Shown here: in pieces, positions 18,155 through 28,039 of the stretch | Numbering within the stretch: position 1 is the first letter of the stretch | Layout: each line of letters begins with the position of its first letter | Source: an uncultured Pseudomonadota bacterium | Lineage (GTDB): Bacteria > SAR324 > NAC60-12 | Length of the DNA: 64,000 bases | Direction of reading: 5' to 3' | Assembly (NCBI GenBank): GCA_964344035.1 | Contig: CAYFLK010000001.1 | Location: 172-64,171 of the forward strand | Position numbers and translations under genes: made by a program | The notes under the pieces: generated by a model | Told to the model about the DNA's origin: nothing | The model's database searches: none | Seen by the model: only the letters and a program-made list of their open reading frames with translations

Positions 18155-19218
18155 TCCGATATTTTTTTGATACGATTCTGTTCATAAAAATCCCTCAGAA
18201 AGAGGTACCAGTCGAGGGCATCCTTTTTCAGACTTTGGTACTCACCTATGTGGAGAGATGTTTCGTTTACTACTTCAACCACCTCAACCCCCAGTTCCCG
18301 GTAGAAGTCCGGGTGATAGGCCAGCCCTCGTGGGACGTTTCGGTTGAACGCCCGTTGAGGAATACTTTCCTGATGCAGCGGTTCCATCTGCTTGTCCGGA
18401 TACATGCTGAAAGTGTCGCGAAGGTTCGACGGTCCGAGAAAAGGCAGCACTATGTGAAACCCGCCACCGACTCCGTAATACCCCAAGGTCTGGCCGAAAT
18501 CTTCCTCGTGCTCTTCCAGTCCAAACCAGGATTTTGCCGGGTCGAAAAAACCGAGCAGGCCGATGCTGGAGTTGATGGTGAAACGCAGGGTTTCTTCTCC
18601 GGCATTAATGAGCTTCAACTGCAAGAGGTTGTTGACGAACCGCACGGGAAACAGCATGTTGTCAAAAAAACGGTTCACAGCCAGCCTTCCTCCTTGTGGA
18701 ACCGCCCAGCGGTAACCCCGTGCAACCGGGTCGAGTACCGAAAGGAAAAGCCAGTCGTTGAAATCCGTCATAACCCGGTTGTATCCGCTCAGAGGGTCAA
18801 GGATTTCATTGGCGGAGGGATCGCTGAATTCATCTTCGAAATCATCGCTGAAATCATCGCTGAAATCATCGCTCAACCCGTCTTGTTCCTCTTCCTGATC
18901 CGCGACACCCTGCATGTTCGTGTCTGTCTGGGCAAATAATGTGCGGGATGAGCGAAAACGGGATTGGTACACCGGCAAATTTAATTTCGCTCTGTTTTGA
19001 ATTTCCGCAAAGTTACTTTCATCCAGGGCAGTTCCTGATTTGCTCACAAAGGCAATCTGAAATTTTGAAACGTGCTCCCCGGCTTGCTGTGTGAGTTCAA
19101 CTACAGAGGGCGCGGCATGCAACCATGGTCCTTGAAAAAGGGAACATACCAGTAACATAGGAATCCAAACAAGCCTGAAGCAACCACACCCCCTGATAGA
19201 TTGTTGTTCGGGATTCAC
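18151..19218 (-). CDS. mlaA: outer-membrane lipoprotein MlaA (VacJ family)
   Basis: Core DPLSGYNRVMTDFNDWLFLSVLDPVARGYRWAVPQ...TLGYYGVGGGFHIVLPFLGPSNLRD matches the MlaA/VacJ signature (DPLEGFNR...FGSTLGHYGVGYGPYVQLPF). Acidic repeat DDFSDDFSDDFEDEF lies upstream of the core. 4-nt overlap with mlaC. Confidence 0.85.
   Translation of the reverse strand: MNPEQQSIRGCGCFRLVWIPMLLVCSLFQGPWLHAAPSVVELTQQAGEHVSKFQIAFVSKSGTALDESNFAEIQNRAKLNLPVYQSRFRSSRTLFAQTDTNMQGVADQEEEQDGLSDDFSDDFSDDFEDEFSDPSANEILDPLSGYNRVMTDFNDWLFLSVLDPVARGYRWAVPQGGRLAVNRFFDNMLFPVRFVNNLLQLKLINAGEETLRFTINSSIGLLGFFDPAKSWFGLEEHEEDFGQTLGYYGVGGGFHIVLPFLGPSNLRDTFSMYPDKQMEPLHQESIPQRAFNRNVPRGLAYHPDFYRELGVEVVEVVNETSLHIGEYQSLKKDALDWYLFLRDFYEQNRIKKISE
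18826..18873. repeat. 12-bp tandem repeat (4 units, first degenerate) inside mlaA
   Basis: gaattcatcttc / gaaatcatcgct x3 on the plus strand. It encodes the SDDF/SDDF/SDDF/EDEF acidic repeats in MlaA. Confidence 0.8.
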
Positions 19219-19419
19219 GGAGGTATGGAAAAAGTATGGGTTTGATGGAAATACCGGATCAGAAAAGCCGTTTGAAAAACTCTATTGTTGAAATGATTCA
19301 CTCAAATTGCAATCCCAACAGAAAAAAGGGGGGTATACTCATGGAGCATTACGTATGCAGAGCACGGTTTTTATCTTGGCATTCGGCAGCATGGAATTAA
19401 GATATCCGTTGCAGTTCGG

Positions 19420-19812
19420 ATGCTTCATCATTTTCACAAGCAACAGACAATGGAAATACTTGAAATACTCATGATTGGCGGTGGCACGGGGATGGTCCTG
19501 TCCATGCTCAGTATTGCCATCATCAATTCCAGCAACGCGGAGCAATATCCGCTCGGAGGGTTCATGCCGGCGCTCTGGATGGTGTTTGACCTGGGAGGGT
19601 CATCTCAGCTAGTCGAGGGCGGCTGCCTGGTTCTGGGGGGGATGCTTGGCTATTACTTTATACTTTTCCTTTGGGGGGGGCAGGCAGCGACATTCCGCGG
19701 TTTGATACCGGAAAAGCATGGTGAAGATCCAAAACAACACGAAAACACCAGTCCTTCCGACGAAACAAGCCGGGGAGTGATAACAGGCAAAAAGCTGACT
19801 GATTTTCTTTAA
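19420..19812 (+). CDS. hypothetical small membrane protein (weak call)
   Basis: 130-aa ORF in a 700-bp gap, with two hydrophobic Gly-rich segments. No recognisable motif, so it may be non-coding. Confidence 0.3.
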   Translation: MLHHFHKQQTMEILEILMIGGGTGMVLSMLSIAIINSSNAEQYPLGGFMPALWMVFDLGGSSQLVEGGCLVLGGMLGYYFILFLWGGQAATFRGLIPEKHGEDPKQHENTSPSDETSRGVITGKKLTDFL

Positions 19813-19920
19813 GCATCAGGCCTTCCGGCATCACCTGAAAGACACAACCAGCGAGGGCAAGAACTTCAATGTTCTGCCCTGTTTAACACTCAGGCATTTC
19901 CCGTCAAAATAAGCGCCTGT

Positions 19921-21123
19921 TCATTTTCGGATGATGTTGTGTTCCGGACCGCAAGGAAAGCCGGTAAGGTTTTCTGTTCCGGATTCTGTGACAAGCAGAA
20001 TATCGTGTTCACGGTAACCCCCTGAGCCTGGTTGTCCCTCCGGCAGCATGATCATAGGTTCCATCGAGACCACCATTCCCGGTTCCAGCCTGGTCTGAAT
20101 GTCCTCCCTCAACTCCAGTCCCGCTTCACGTCCATAATAGTGACTCAAACAACCAAATGAATGCCCATACCCGAAAGTGCGGTAATCAAGCAGGTCGTTC
20201 TTCTCGTAAATGGTGTTCAATTCGGTTGCGATGTCGCAGCAGCGGATTCCAGGTGCAATGATCTGCAGACCTCTTTTGTACACTTCATAATTTGCTTCCC
20301 ACAAACGCAGGTTGTCATCTGGTGCATGATCGAGAAACAAGGTCCGTTCCATAGCAGTGTAATAACCGGCAATCATCGGGAAGCAGTTCAGGCTGAGGAC
20401 CTCTCCTATTCCTACCCTACGCGTGGTTAGAGGATTGTGTGCGCCGTCGGTATTTATGCCGGATTGAAACCAAGTCCATGTATCCATTAGGTCACTGTCC
20501 GGATAGCTTCGGGATATTTCGTGGATCATGGTGTTCGTGGAGTGACGTGCAATTTCAAATACCGGAACACCCTCCGCAAGCGCATCAACGCATGCCTCTC
20601 CACCAATGTCGGCAATCCGCGCGCCCTCACGGATCAGCACGATTTCTTCAGACGATTTAATCATCCGTTGCCGCATGGATATATCGGAGATGTCATGAAA
20701 CTCAGCATGAGGCATTGCCTCCTTCAATTTCCTCTGATTGAGAACAGTAAGGTGATCGTATTCGACCCCGATTCTATGCAGATGTCCGAGTTCCTGCTTA
20801 ACGGAGGCAAAGAAATTGCCCTGCTGCCAGTCGGTGTAAATCAGGTTGTCACCGTAACCCCGCCTCCATGGCTGTCCACCGTCAATATTGGCAGTGATGG
20901 AACAGATTCTATCATGACTAATAACCAAGCCATAATTACGACCGAAAGCGGTGTAAAGAAAGTGGTTATAGTAGTTGATGTTGTGAAATGAAGTGAACAG
21001 GGCTGCCTCAATGTCGGCGGATGCCAGATTTTGCCGTAGAACGCAAAGTCTTTGTTCCATTTCCTGAGGGGAAAAGACCGCGGTAAGTTTGGGGCCGTTT
21101 CGGAGTTGAAGTAACTGCTTCAT
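19921..21123 (-). CDS. M24 family metallohydrolase (creatinase/Xaa-Pro dipeptidase/ectoine-hydrolase-like)
   Basis: 400 aa with a creatinase-type N-domain plus pita-bread catalytic domain. Metal-ligand context HNPLT...GEVLSLNCFP...GHSFG...SMEPMI. 4-nt overlap with the upstream gene. Confidence 0.7.
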   Translation of the reverse strand: MKQLLQLRNGPKLTAVFSPQEMEQRLCVLRQNLASADIEAALFTSFHNINYYNHFLYTAFGRNYGLVISHDRICSITANIDGGQPWRRGYGDNLIYTDWQQGNFFASVKQELGHLHRIGVEYDHLTVLNQRKLKEAMPHAEFHDISDISMRQRMIKSSEEIVLIREGARIADIGGEACVDALAEGVPVFEIARHSTNTMIHEISRSYPDSDLMDTWTWFQSGINTDGAHNPLTTRRVGIGEVLSLNCFPMIAGYYTAMERTLFLDHAPDDNLRLWEANYEVYKRGLQIIAPGIRCCDIATELNTIYEKNDLLDYRTFGYGHSFGCLSHYYGREAGLELREDIQTRLEPGMVVSMEPMIMLPEGQPGSGGYREHDILLVTESGTENLTGFPCGPEHNIIRK

Positions 21124-21959
21124 CCTCGTAATTCTTCATTAGGTATGATTGACATCGAAGACAGTCCGTTACAGTCATTAAGATAGGGGATCTTGCCGCG
21201 AGCTTCCAATTGAAGGGCTGGATCGAGCTTGGCAACGATAATTTCCTCATAGCGGCCTGCAACCGCGAGATCGGTTCCGATAGGAGAGACAATCCTGCTT
21301 TCCCCTAGGAACCGCGTCCCGCTGCCTTCTCCGCACAAGTTGGCATACAAAAGAAAGCCCCCGTTTTCAAATGCGCGCACGGGCATCATGTATCTTGATA
21401 CGAAGGGGAATTGTGCTTGTGCCGCGGTTGGCACAACCATGATTCCCGATCCTTCCTTCGCGCAGGCACGGACATTTTCTGGAAATTCCGCGTCATAACA
21501 AATAAGCAGAGCCAGTCTGTGTCCGCGAAGATCAAAAACAGTGTAATGGTCCCCGCATTGAAAAAGTCCTTTTTCATGGGTGCCGAAAAGCCTGAGCTTG
21601 CGGTGGTTAGCAATTATTTTTCCATCTTCGTCGATGCAGGTTGCCGAGTTGAATCGGCCATGCAGGTCCTGTTCGGAGTATCCATAAATGACCGCAGTTT
21701 TCCAATTACGCGCTAGCTGCGCGACTTTTTGTGAAAAAGGACCGTTTGCCGGTTCGGCATAGCGGATGATCTGCCCGGGATTGCAGTATCCGCAATGATA
21801 CAGTTCCGGGCAGACAAGCAAATCTACTGTGCTTTGTCCCAGTCCGGAAAGTACTTTGTCCAGACGCCTGATTCGGTCGTCCGGGGTTTCCTCCCTATAC
21901 TGATACTGGAAAATTGCCGCTTTAAGGGGGGTGGCGCTGGAATCACTGTTCATGCTCAA
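21120..21959 (-). CDS. carbon-nitrogen hydrolase family amidohydrolase
   Basis: 279 aa with the CN-hydrolase Glu-Lys-Cys arrangement (CPELY..., RKL, LALLICYDAEFPE). 4-nt overlaps on both sides. Confidence 0.7.
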   Translation of the reverse strand: MSMNSDSSATPLKAAIFQYQYREETPDDRIRRLDKVLSGLGQSTVDLLVCPELYHCGYCNPGQIIRYAEPANGPFSQKVAQLARNWKTAVIYGYSEQDLHGRFNSATCIDEDGKIIANHRKLRLFGTHEKGLFQCGDHYTVFDLRGHRLALLICYDAEFPENVRACAKEGSGIMVVPTAAQAQFPFVSRYMMPVRAFENGGFLLYANLCGEGSGTRFLGESRIVSPIGTDLAVAGRYEEIIVAKLDPALQLEARGKIPYLNDCNGLSSMSIIPNEELRG

Positions 21960-23110
21960 ACGACCAGCAGATCACGGCTGTATTCGGTTAGATATTCGAA
22001 ACCGGATTTCGTCACCGCCACGGAGTCGCCGATACGTCCACCGAGCCTGCCTTCGACTGATATGCCTCCATCGACTGCGAAGGTCATGCCTGGTTTAAGC
22101 ACAGTTTTGTCGTTCAGTTTCAGTTCTGGTGATTCAAGGTATGCCATCCCGATGGAACGCCCGGTGCGGTAACCCGCTTCAAAACCGTGCCGACGGTAAA
22201 CTACATTGGCCGCTTCCGCGACATCTTCTGCTTTCACTCCCGGTCGAATTGCTTTTACCGCGGCCTGCTGAGCCTCAATGGCGGTTTCCTGTATTTCCGC
22301 GGCTTCGTCCGAAACCTCATTGATGAAAAACATGCGGTCAAATCCGAGTTTATACATCTTGAACTGCGCCATGTTGCAGAAGCATAAATAAACCGGGTCA
22401 CCATGCCGGTACTTCTTTAGTCCGGCACGGCGGTGCACCATAGAGGTTGCCCGGCCGCTTTGCATAATCTGCAAGTTATGAATCATAGGAGAGACGAACT
22501 CTTCCCATCCTTCCGCCTTGAGAAATTCAGCCGCTTTGCGTGTTCCCGCATGGATGACCGCCAGGGCAGTTTCATATTCCGGAATGCCGGGAGCAAGCGA
22601 TTCTTCGGCGGCTTTCATCATTGCCACGGCGATTTCTCCTGTCTGTCGCATAACTGCGATTTCCTCCGGGGACTTGATCATACGCATCGCACCAAGGACT
22701 GGAGAGATGTCCGCATGTGGAACTCCAGGATAACAGTCTGCGAGGAAATGTCTGACCAGTGAGGGGATCGACATGTGTTCCACATATATAACCGAGAGAT
22801 TCTTTCCCAACACATCGGCTGTCACTTTCCGCCAGCTTTTTCCCCCGATTTCTTCCCAGCTGCGTACGTCATCCACCCAGGTCATGGCGGAAACCATTTC
22901 ATGTTCAAGCAGTGGTGTAATCACCGTAGGGGCGTCATCGGCATGGACAATAAGCAGGGTGGGTCGTCCGAATTCGATACCCAGATAGCCCCAGAAACCT
23001 GCCAGATAGGCAATCGAACTCTCATCGGTGAACACAGCTTTCACAATTTCTGCTTCACGCATCCGTCGCTGAAAATTGAGTGTGCGCTGCTTTGCTTCCT
23101 CGAGCATCAT
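21956..23110 (-). CDS. M24 family metallohydrolase (creatinase/prolidase-like), second copy
   Basis: 384-aa M24 fold (HGDPVYLCF...GRSIGMAYLE...). Paralogous to 19921-21123. Confidence 0.7.
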   Translation of the reverse strand: MMLEEAKQRTLNFQRRMREAEIVKAVFTDESSIAYLAGFWGYLGIEFGRPTLLIVHADDAPTVITPLLEHEMVSAMTWVDDVRSWEEIGGKSWRKVTADVLGKNLSVIYVEHMSIPSLVRHFLADCYPGVPHADISPVLGAMRMIKSPEEIAVMRQTGEIAVAMMKAAEESLAPGIPEYETALAVIHAGTRKAAEFLKAEGWEEFVSPMIHNLQIMQSGRATSMVHRRAGLKKYRHGDPVYLCFCNMAQFKMYKLGFDRMFFINEVSDEAAEIQETAIEAQQAAVKAIRPGVKAEDVAEAANVVYRRHGFEAGYRTGRSIGMAYLESPELKLNDKTVLKPGMTFAVDGGISVEGRLGGRIGDSVAVTKSGFEYLTEYSRDLLVV

Positions 23111-23291
23111 GCAACTCAGTTGTTATCCTTAGGGTTATGTCCCTGGTCGTTATAATATAAGATATACGAAGCTTATGTTTACGAGTGGAGGACATCTTGT
23201 ATTGATAAAGCTAGCCTGAAGAGAATTGGATAATACTGCTCATGTTCAATATCCCAGAAACAGATTTAAGGGATTCAATGAAAGTAAATTT

Positions 23292-24146
23292 TCAGGAAAG
23301 TGTAATGCCCCTCAGACGTTCGTTTCGTCTCCTCAGCATTTCGATGGTAAAGAGCAGTACGATTGAGATGAGCACCAAAAGTGTCGCTGCTGCGAGGATG
23401 GTAGGGCTTATATGTTCTCTAATGCCGGAAAACATTTGCCAGGGGATAGTACGTTGTCGGTAGGAGCCAACGAAAAGAACTACTACAACCTCATCGAAGG
23501 ATGTGATGAAAGCAAACAAAGCTCCAGAGATCACTCCCGGAGTAATGAGAGGCACTACAACTTTGAAAAATGTTACACTAGGAGATGCCCCTAAGCTTGA
23601 TGAAGCCCGAATTAGAGTATTGTCGAATCCACTCAGGGTTGCCGTAACAGTGATCACTACGAATGGAGTTCCAAGTGCAGCATGAGCGAGTATGACCGCA
23701 ATATGGGTGCCCTGCATTCCAATCCGGCTGTAAAAGAAGAACATTCCAGCCGCCGAAATTATTAATGGGACAATCATCGGGGAAATAAGAATGCTCATCA
23801 ACAAGGTCCTAAAAGGCATCCTAGCACGTGAAAGTCCAATCGCCGCAATTGTTCCTAATGTAGTGGATATCAATGTTGCGAAAATTGCGATAATGAAAGA
23901 ATTTCGTACGGCACCTTGCCAGTTTAGGTTTGTGAAAAAATCTTCATACCACTTTAGGGAATACCCGGCTGGATCAAGGGCCATCATTTCCTTGGTGAAG
24001 GTAAAAAACGGTACTGAATTAAAAGAGAGCGGGATGATAACCACCAAGGGAAAAACAAGAAAGAAAAAAATAGCCGCGCAGATGATACGGAAAGAGTAAT
24101 ACCAAATTCTTTCGCTCAGGGTATAATAGGAAGGCAGCTTGTCCAT
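23292..24146 (-). CDS. ABC transporter permease (PotC/PotI-like)
   Basis: 284 aa, 6 TM. The EAA-like loop follows the typical MetI-family pattern. Confidence 0.8.
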   Translation of the reverse strand: MDKLPSYYTLSERIWYYSFRIICAAIFFFLVFPLVVIIPLSFNSVPFFTFTKEMMALDPAGYSLKWYEDFFTNLNWQGAVRNSFIIAIFATLISTTLGTIAAIGLSRARMPFRTLLMSILISPMIVPLIISAAGMFFFYSRIGMQGTHIAVILAHAALGTPFVVITVTATLSGFDNTLIRASSSLGASPSVTFFKVVVPLITPGVISGALFAFITSFDEVVVVLFVGSYRQRTIPWQMFSGIREHISPTILAAATLLVLISIVLLFTIEMLRRRNERLRGITLS

Positions 24147-24148
24147 TG

Positions 24149-25414
24149 TCAGCCCAATCTCATTTTGTCGATCCCTATGATCCGGTCATAAAGGATGTAG
24201 AAGACCAGCACAATGCCAAGCAACATGACCCCAAGTGCGGCGCCCAAACCCCAATTCAATGAAGTGGAAATGTGATAAGCAATCCGATTACTGATAAATG
24301 TGCCCGAGTTTCCACCAACCAGTTCCGGTGTGATGTAATAACCGATCGCAAGGATGAAAACGAGAATCCCTCCTGCACCTATCCCTGGAACAGTGTTTGG
24401 GAAGTAGACCTTCCAAAAGGCTACCCAAGGATGGGCCCCCAAGGAGACAGCTGCTCTCACATAGGACTTAGGTATCGTTTTCATTACTGAAAACATAGGC
24501 AAAATCATAAATGGCAATAGAATATGCGTCATCGCAATGATAGTGCCAGTTGCGTTGTGTATCATTGACAGGCGGTTTTCATCATTCAACAACCCTATCA
24601 TTACTAAGGAGTCATTTATAACTCCTTGCTGTTGAAGCAACGCAATCCATGAACATGTACGCACAAGCAGGGAAGTCCAGAATGGCAAAAGCACAAGTAT
24701 GATCAAAAGGTTGCTCACCCTAGTCGGCACCAGAGCCAGAAGATAAGCCACAGGGAAACCAATCACAAAGGTAAGCAGTGTAATCACTGCGCTCAACAGC
24801 ATTGTCCGAAAAAAAAGTTTTATATAAATACGTTCTTTTTCAGGTAGAAAAAATATCTCACCGTTTGTTGCACGTTTACTGTCCGCTGCTGCCAAGTAAT
24901 AGCCACCGGTATAATCCGAGGAGAATTGCCGGATTAACTGCCAAGTTTGAATTTCACCCCAACGTTTGTCTGATTTAATTAATGCCTCTTTAAACGGAGG
25001 ATCCTTGATTCGTTTGATCTTTCTTCCCGCCCTGCGAAACAAACTGGAAATTCCCGGCCTTTCATAGTTTAAACGCTGTCCTACTCTGGTATGTGTCCGT
25101 TCTTTTAATGCTTTTTTCAAATCAGTGACGATCGAAGCATACACAACTTCTTCTGGCAATTCACCAGACAGATGGTCCCAAGTTTTCAAAGCCTCTGTGG
25201 TTTTTGGTAAGATATTGGATACTATAGAGTTGTCCACCGACAAAACTAGCATGTCGGCGATAGGAATCACGAAAGTGACGAAAATGAATGCCAGGAGGGG
25301 AAGAACCAGCATGAAAGCCAAAAATTTCTCTCGCCTTTGAGCGCGGCGCAAACTGATTTTCAAAGGTACACCGTCTACAGTAAACAGGTGTTGCTTTGGC
25401 TGGTTTTCGCTCAT
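24149..25414 (-). CDS. ABC transporter permease (PotB/PotH-like) with extended N-terminal region
   Basis: 421 aa. C-terminal 280 aa has the MetI-family TM pattern. N-terminal ~130 aa is an extra segment. Confidence 0.8.
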   Translation of the reverse strand: MSENQPKQHLFTVDGVPLKISLRRAQRREKFLAFMLVLPLLAFIFVTFVIPIADMLVLSVDNSIVSNILPKTTEALKTWDHLSGELPEEVVYASIVTDLKKALKERTHTRVGQRLNYERPGISSLFRRAGRKIKRIKDPPFKEALIKSDKRWGEIQTWQLIRQFSSDYTGGYYLAAADSKRATNGEIFFLPEKERIYIKLFFRTMLLSAVITLLTFVIGFPVAYLLALVPTRVSNLLIILVLLPFWTSLLVRTCSWIALLQQQGVINDSLVMIGLLNDENRLSMIHNATGTIIAMTHILLPFMILPMFSVMKTIPKSYVRAAVSLGAHPWVAFWKVYFPNTVPGIGAGGILVFILAIGYYITPELVGGNSGTFISNRIAYHISTSLNWGLGAALGVMLLGIVLVFYILYDRIIGIDKMRLG

Positions 25415-25502
25415 CCTCAGGAAAGATGATCTTGTAGTAAAAGGTAGAATAACCGGGGAACAGGATAATTCCCCGGTGATTAAGAAATTTGATACTCAGG
25501 TC

Positions 25503-26603
25503 TTACCTGGCAAGCCAGGCTTGGAATTTGGCATCCAAATCGTCTCGATTGTCCGCCCAGAACTCAAAGTTAAAGAGCAGAGTTGTTTTGGCGTTGTTTG
25601 GATCCGTTGGCATGTGTGGAGCCATGTCAATACCAAGGGTCGCGTGTTTTCCCACTAGTGGTGCAGATGAAAGCCTTGCCGGTCCATATGAAATAAATTT
25701 CGCCTGATCTGCAAGCCGTTGGGTATCAGTGGCAAAGTTCACGAATTTCATGACTTCCGCCTTGTTTTTTGTCCCTTTAGGCACAACCCATCCATCCAGG
25801 TCGAATACCTGCCAATCCCAAAGCATCGAGACAGGCTGTTTTTCTTCAGCTATCAAGCTGAAAAGACGGCCGTTGTATGTAGAGCCTACAACAACTTCTC
25901 CGTCGGCCAACAACTGTGGAGTTTGTGCTCCCTTGGTCCACCAAACCACCTGGTCTTTAATCGTATCCAGTTTAGCAAATGCCCGGTCTTGTCCTGCAGG
26001 TGTTCCAAGAACATTGTAAACTTCAGATGGATCAACTCCGTCGCAGATGAGTGCCCATTCAAGGTTATTGATGGGCCGTTTTTCAAGGGACCGTTTACCT
26101 GGAAAGCCTTTTAGGTCAAAGACATCGCAGACACTGGTCATTGGCTGGGGCACAAGGTCATGACGGTAACCGAATGTGGTGGAATATACTATTTGTGGAA
26201 TGAAACATTCCGATACAAGAAGGTCTCCGAAATCCTTAGAAGCCGGTGTGCCGTCGGGCGCTGCTGCCAGATCTTTGTCAGGATTAATAACTTCAATGAG
26301 CCCCTCATCGCAGGCGCGCATGGCGTCTGCGGCGACCATATCGACGAGATCCCAAGTGACGTTGCCTGCCTGGTTCATTGCACGAAGCTTGGCAACTCCT
26401 TCGGCGGCCGAGTCATCGTTAATTATCTTCACTCCTGGGTTATTTTTCATGTAGGGATCATGATACGCATTCTGCTGGCTGGCGGTATAAGCTCCGCCCC
26501 AGGAAACTATCACGAGTTCTACAGCCGAGACTGGCAGGGCCAATCCCAATGTCAATGCCGCCCCTGCTAGGGAAGCAAACGAGTTGCGGATGATTTGATT
26601 CAT
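25503..26603 (-). CDS. ABC transporter substrate-binding protein (PotD/PotF-like, SBP family 1)
   Basis: 366 aa with a signal peptide (MNQIIRNSFASLAGAALTLGLALPVSA) and the polyamine-type SBP fold. Confidence 0.8.
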   Translation of the reverse strand: MNQIIRNSFASLAGAALTLGLALPVSAVELVIVSWGGAYTASQQNAYHDPYMKNNPGVKIINDDSAAEGVAKLRAMNQAGNVTWDLVDMVAADAMRACDEGLIEVINPDKDLAAAPDGTPASKDFGDLLVSECFIPQIVYSTTFGYRHDLVPQPMTSVCDVFDLKGFPGKRSLEKRPINNLEWALICDGVDPSEVYNVLGTPAGQDRAFAKLDTIKDQVVWWTKGAQTPQLLADGEVVVGSTYNGRLFSLIAEEKQPVSMLWDWQVFDLDGWVVPKGTKNKAEVMKFVNFATDTQRLADQAKFISYGPARLSSAPLVGKHATLGIDMAPHMPTDPNNAKTTLLFNFEFWADNRDDLDAKFQAWLAR

Positions 26604-26662
26604 ATCTCCTCATTCATCAGGGTTACCGGTTTGGAACAACACTATGCTCCAAACCAGACAAA

Positions 26663-27760
26663 TCAAGATGCGTACATATCAAGTGCACGCGCGTCCTCCA
26701 CAAGCCAGCCGACGCGAACCGTATCTCCCGGTTTGAGTTGGGCATGGTGTGCGGAATTGGGGACCTTGACAATGAAATTGTCATGGCCGCAGATGTTTAC
26801 CCGAGAACGGATGTGGTCTCCCAGATAAATCATTTCAAGAACTTGTCCTTCGACTTGGTTGGTGCAGGAATTCCCTTCCGGGTTAATGTAAACCCTTTCT
26901 GGTCGCAGTGAAATTGTAGTGGGTTCCCCGACATGTTGCACATTCACTGCAAGGGCGCTAATTGTATCACCGCTTTCCACATCCACCGTGCAGATTTTAC
27001 CATTGATTCCAGTCACTTTTCCGATCAGGGTGTTGTTTTCTCCGATGAACTGAGCAACAAATGCGTTTTCCGGTTTTTCATACAAGTTGTCCGGTTTGTC
27101 CAGTTGCTGGATGACTCCGTCGTCGAATACAGCAATGCGGTTTGACATTGTAAGCGCCTCGCTCTGGTCATGGGTTACATAGACTATGGTCACGCCGAGG
27201 TTCTCATGAATATGCTTGATTTCATACTGCATCTGTTCGCGCAGCTGCTTATCTAGCGCTCCCAGCGGTTCATCCATCAGTACCAGTTTCGGTTCAAACA
27301 CGAGTGCCCGCGCCACCGCCACGCGCTGCTGCTGCCCCCCGGAAAGCTGCATGGGACGGCGGTTTTCAAAGCCTTCAAGCTGCACCATCTCCAGAGCTTT
27401 TCTGATGCGGTTCTTTATTTCATCGCGTGAGAGTTTACGCACTTCCAGCGGGAATGCGAGGTTTTCCCGCACGGTCATATGAGGAAACAGCGCATAGTTC
27501 TGAAAGACCATGCCGATATTCCGCTTATGCGGCGGGACATTGTTGATGGGGACTCCGTCAAGAACGATCTCTCCGTGGGTCGCGGTTTCAAACCCGGCAA
27601 GCATCATCAGGCAGGTGGTCTTTCCTGAGCCTGATGGACCGAGCATGGTGAGGAATTCCCCTTCATTGATTTCCAGGTTGAGGTTCTTGATGACGAGGGT
27701 TTCCCCGTCATAGCTTTTCTGGACTTTCTTGAAGTTGACAAACGCTTCGGGCGAATTCAT
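26663..27760 (-). CDS. ABC transporter ATP-binding protein (PotA-like, with C-terminal TOBE domain)
   Basis: Walker A GPSGSGKTT, signature LSGGQQQRVAVARAL, Walker B LVLMDEPLGALD. C-terminal ~120-aa transport-associated OB domain. Confidence 0.85.
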   Translation of the reverse strand: MNSPEAFVNFKKVQKSYDGETLVIKNLNLEINEGEFLTMLGPSGSGKTTCLMMLAGFETATHGEIVLDGVPINNVPPHKRNIGMVFQNYALFPHMTVRENLAFPLEVRKLSRDEIKNRIRKALEMVQLEGFENRRPMQLSGGQQQRVAVARALVFEPKLVLMDEPLGALDKQLREQMQYEIKHIHENLGVTIVYVTHDQSEALTMSNRIAVFDDGVIQQLDKPDNLYEKPENAFVAQFIGENNTLIGKVTGINGKICTVDVESGDTISALAVNVQHVGEPTTISLRPERVYINPEGNSCTNQVEGQVLEMIYLGDHIRSRVNICGHDNFIVKVPNSAHHAQLKPGDTVRVGWLVEDARALDMYAS

Positions 27761-28039
27761 GTGGGTGCGGGTAAGTGAACCCTGTTTATGGGGTGAGAAG
27801 TATGAACTGAGCAGAGGTGCATTTTGGTCGGTTCAGACGATTTGCGGCAAAAAGCATCTACATATAATGATTGTGCACGAAAAAGTCAAACAAAGAATGA
27901 TTTTCAGGGGTTTGCGTGTCCAAAAAGATTGATGAAACAGGTTTTTGCCGAAATTAGCGAAAGAGGATAGCATGAAACAGACAGCAATATTTTTTGATTT
28001 TGAGTAAAAAAAAGAAAAATGCATGGAGATGAAGGCAGA

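Noticed and set aside
18235-18939. 234-aa plus-strand ORF
   Set aside because: Antisense to mlaA, which has strong family signatures.
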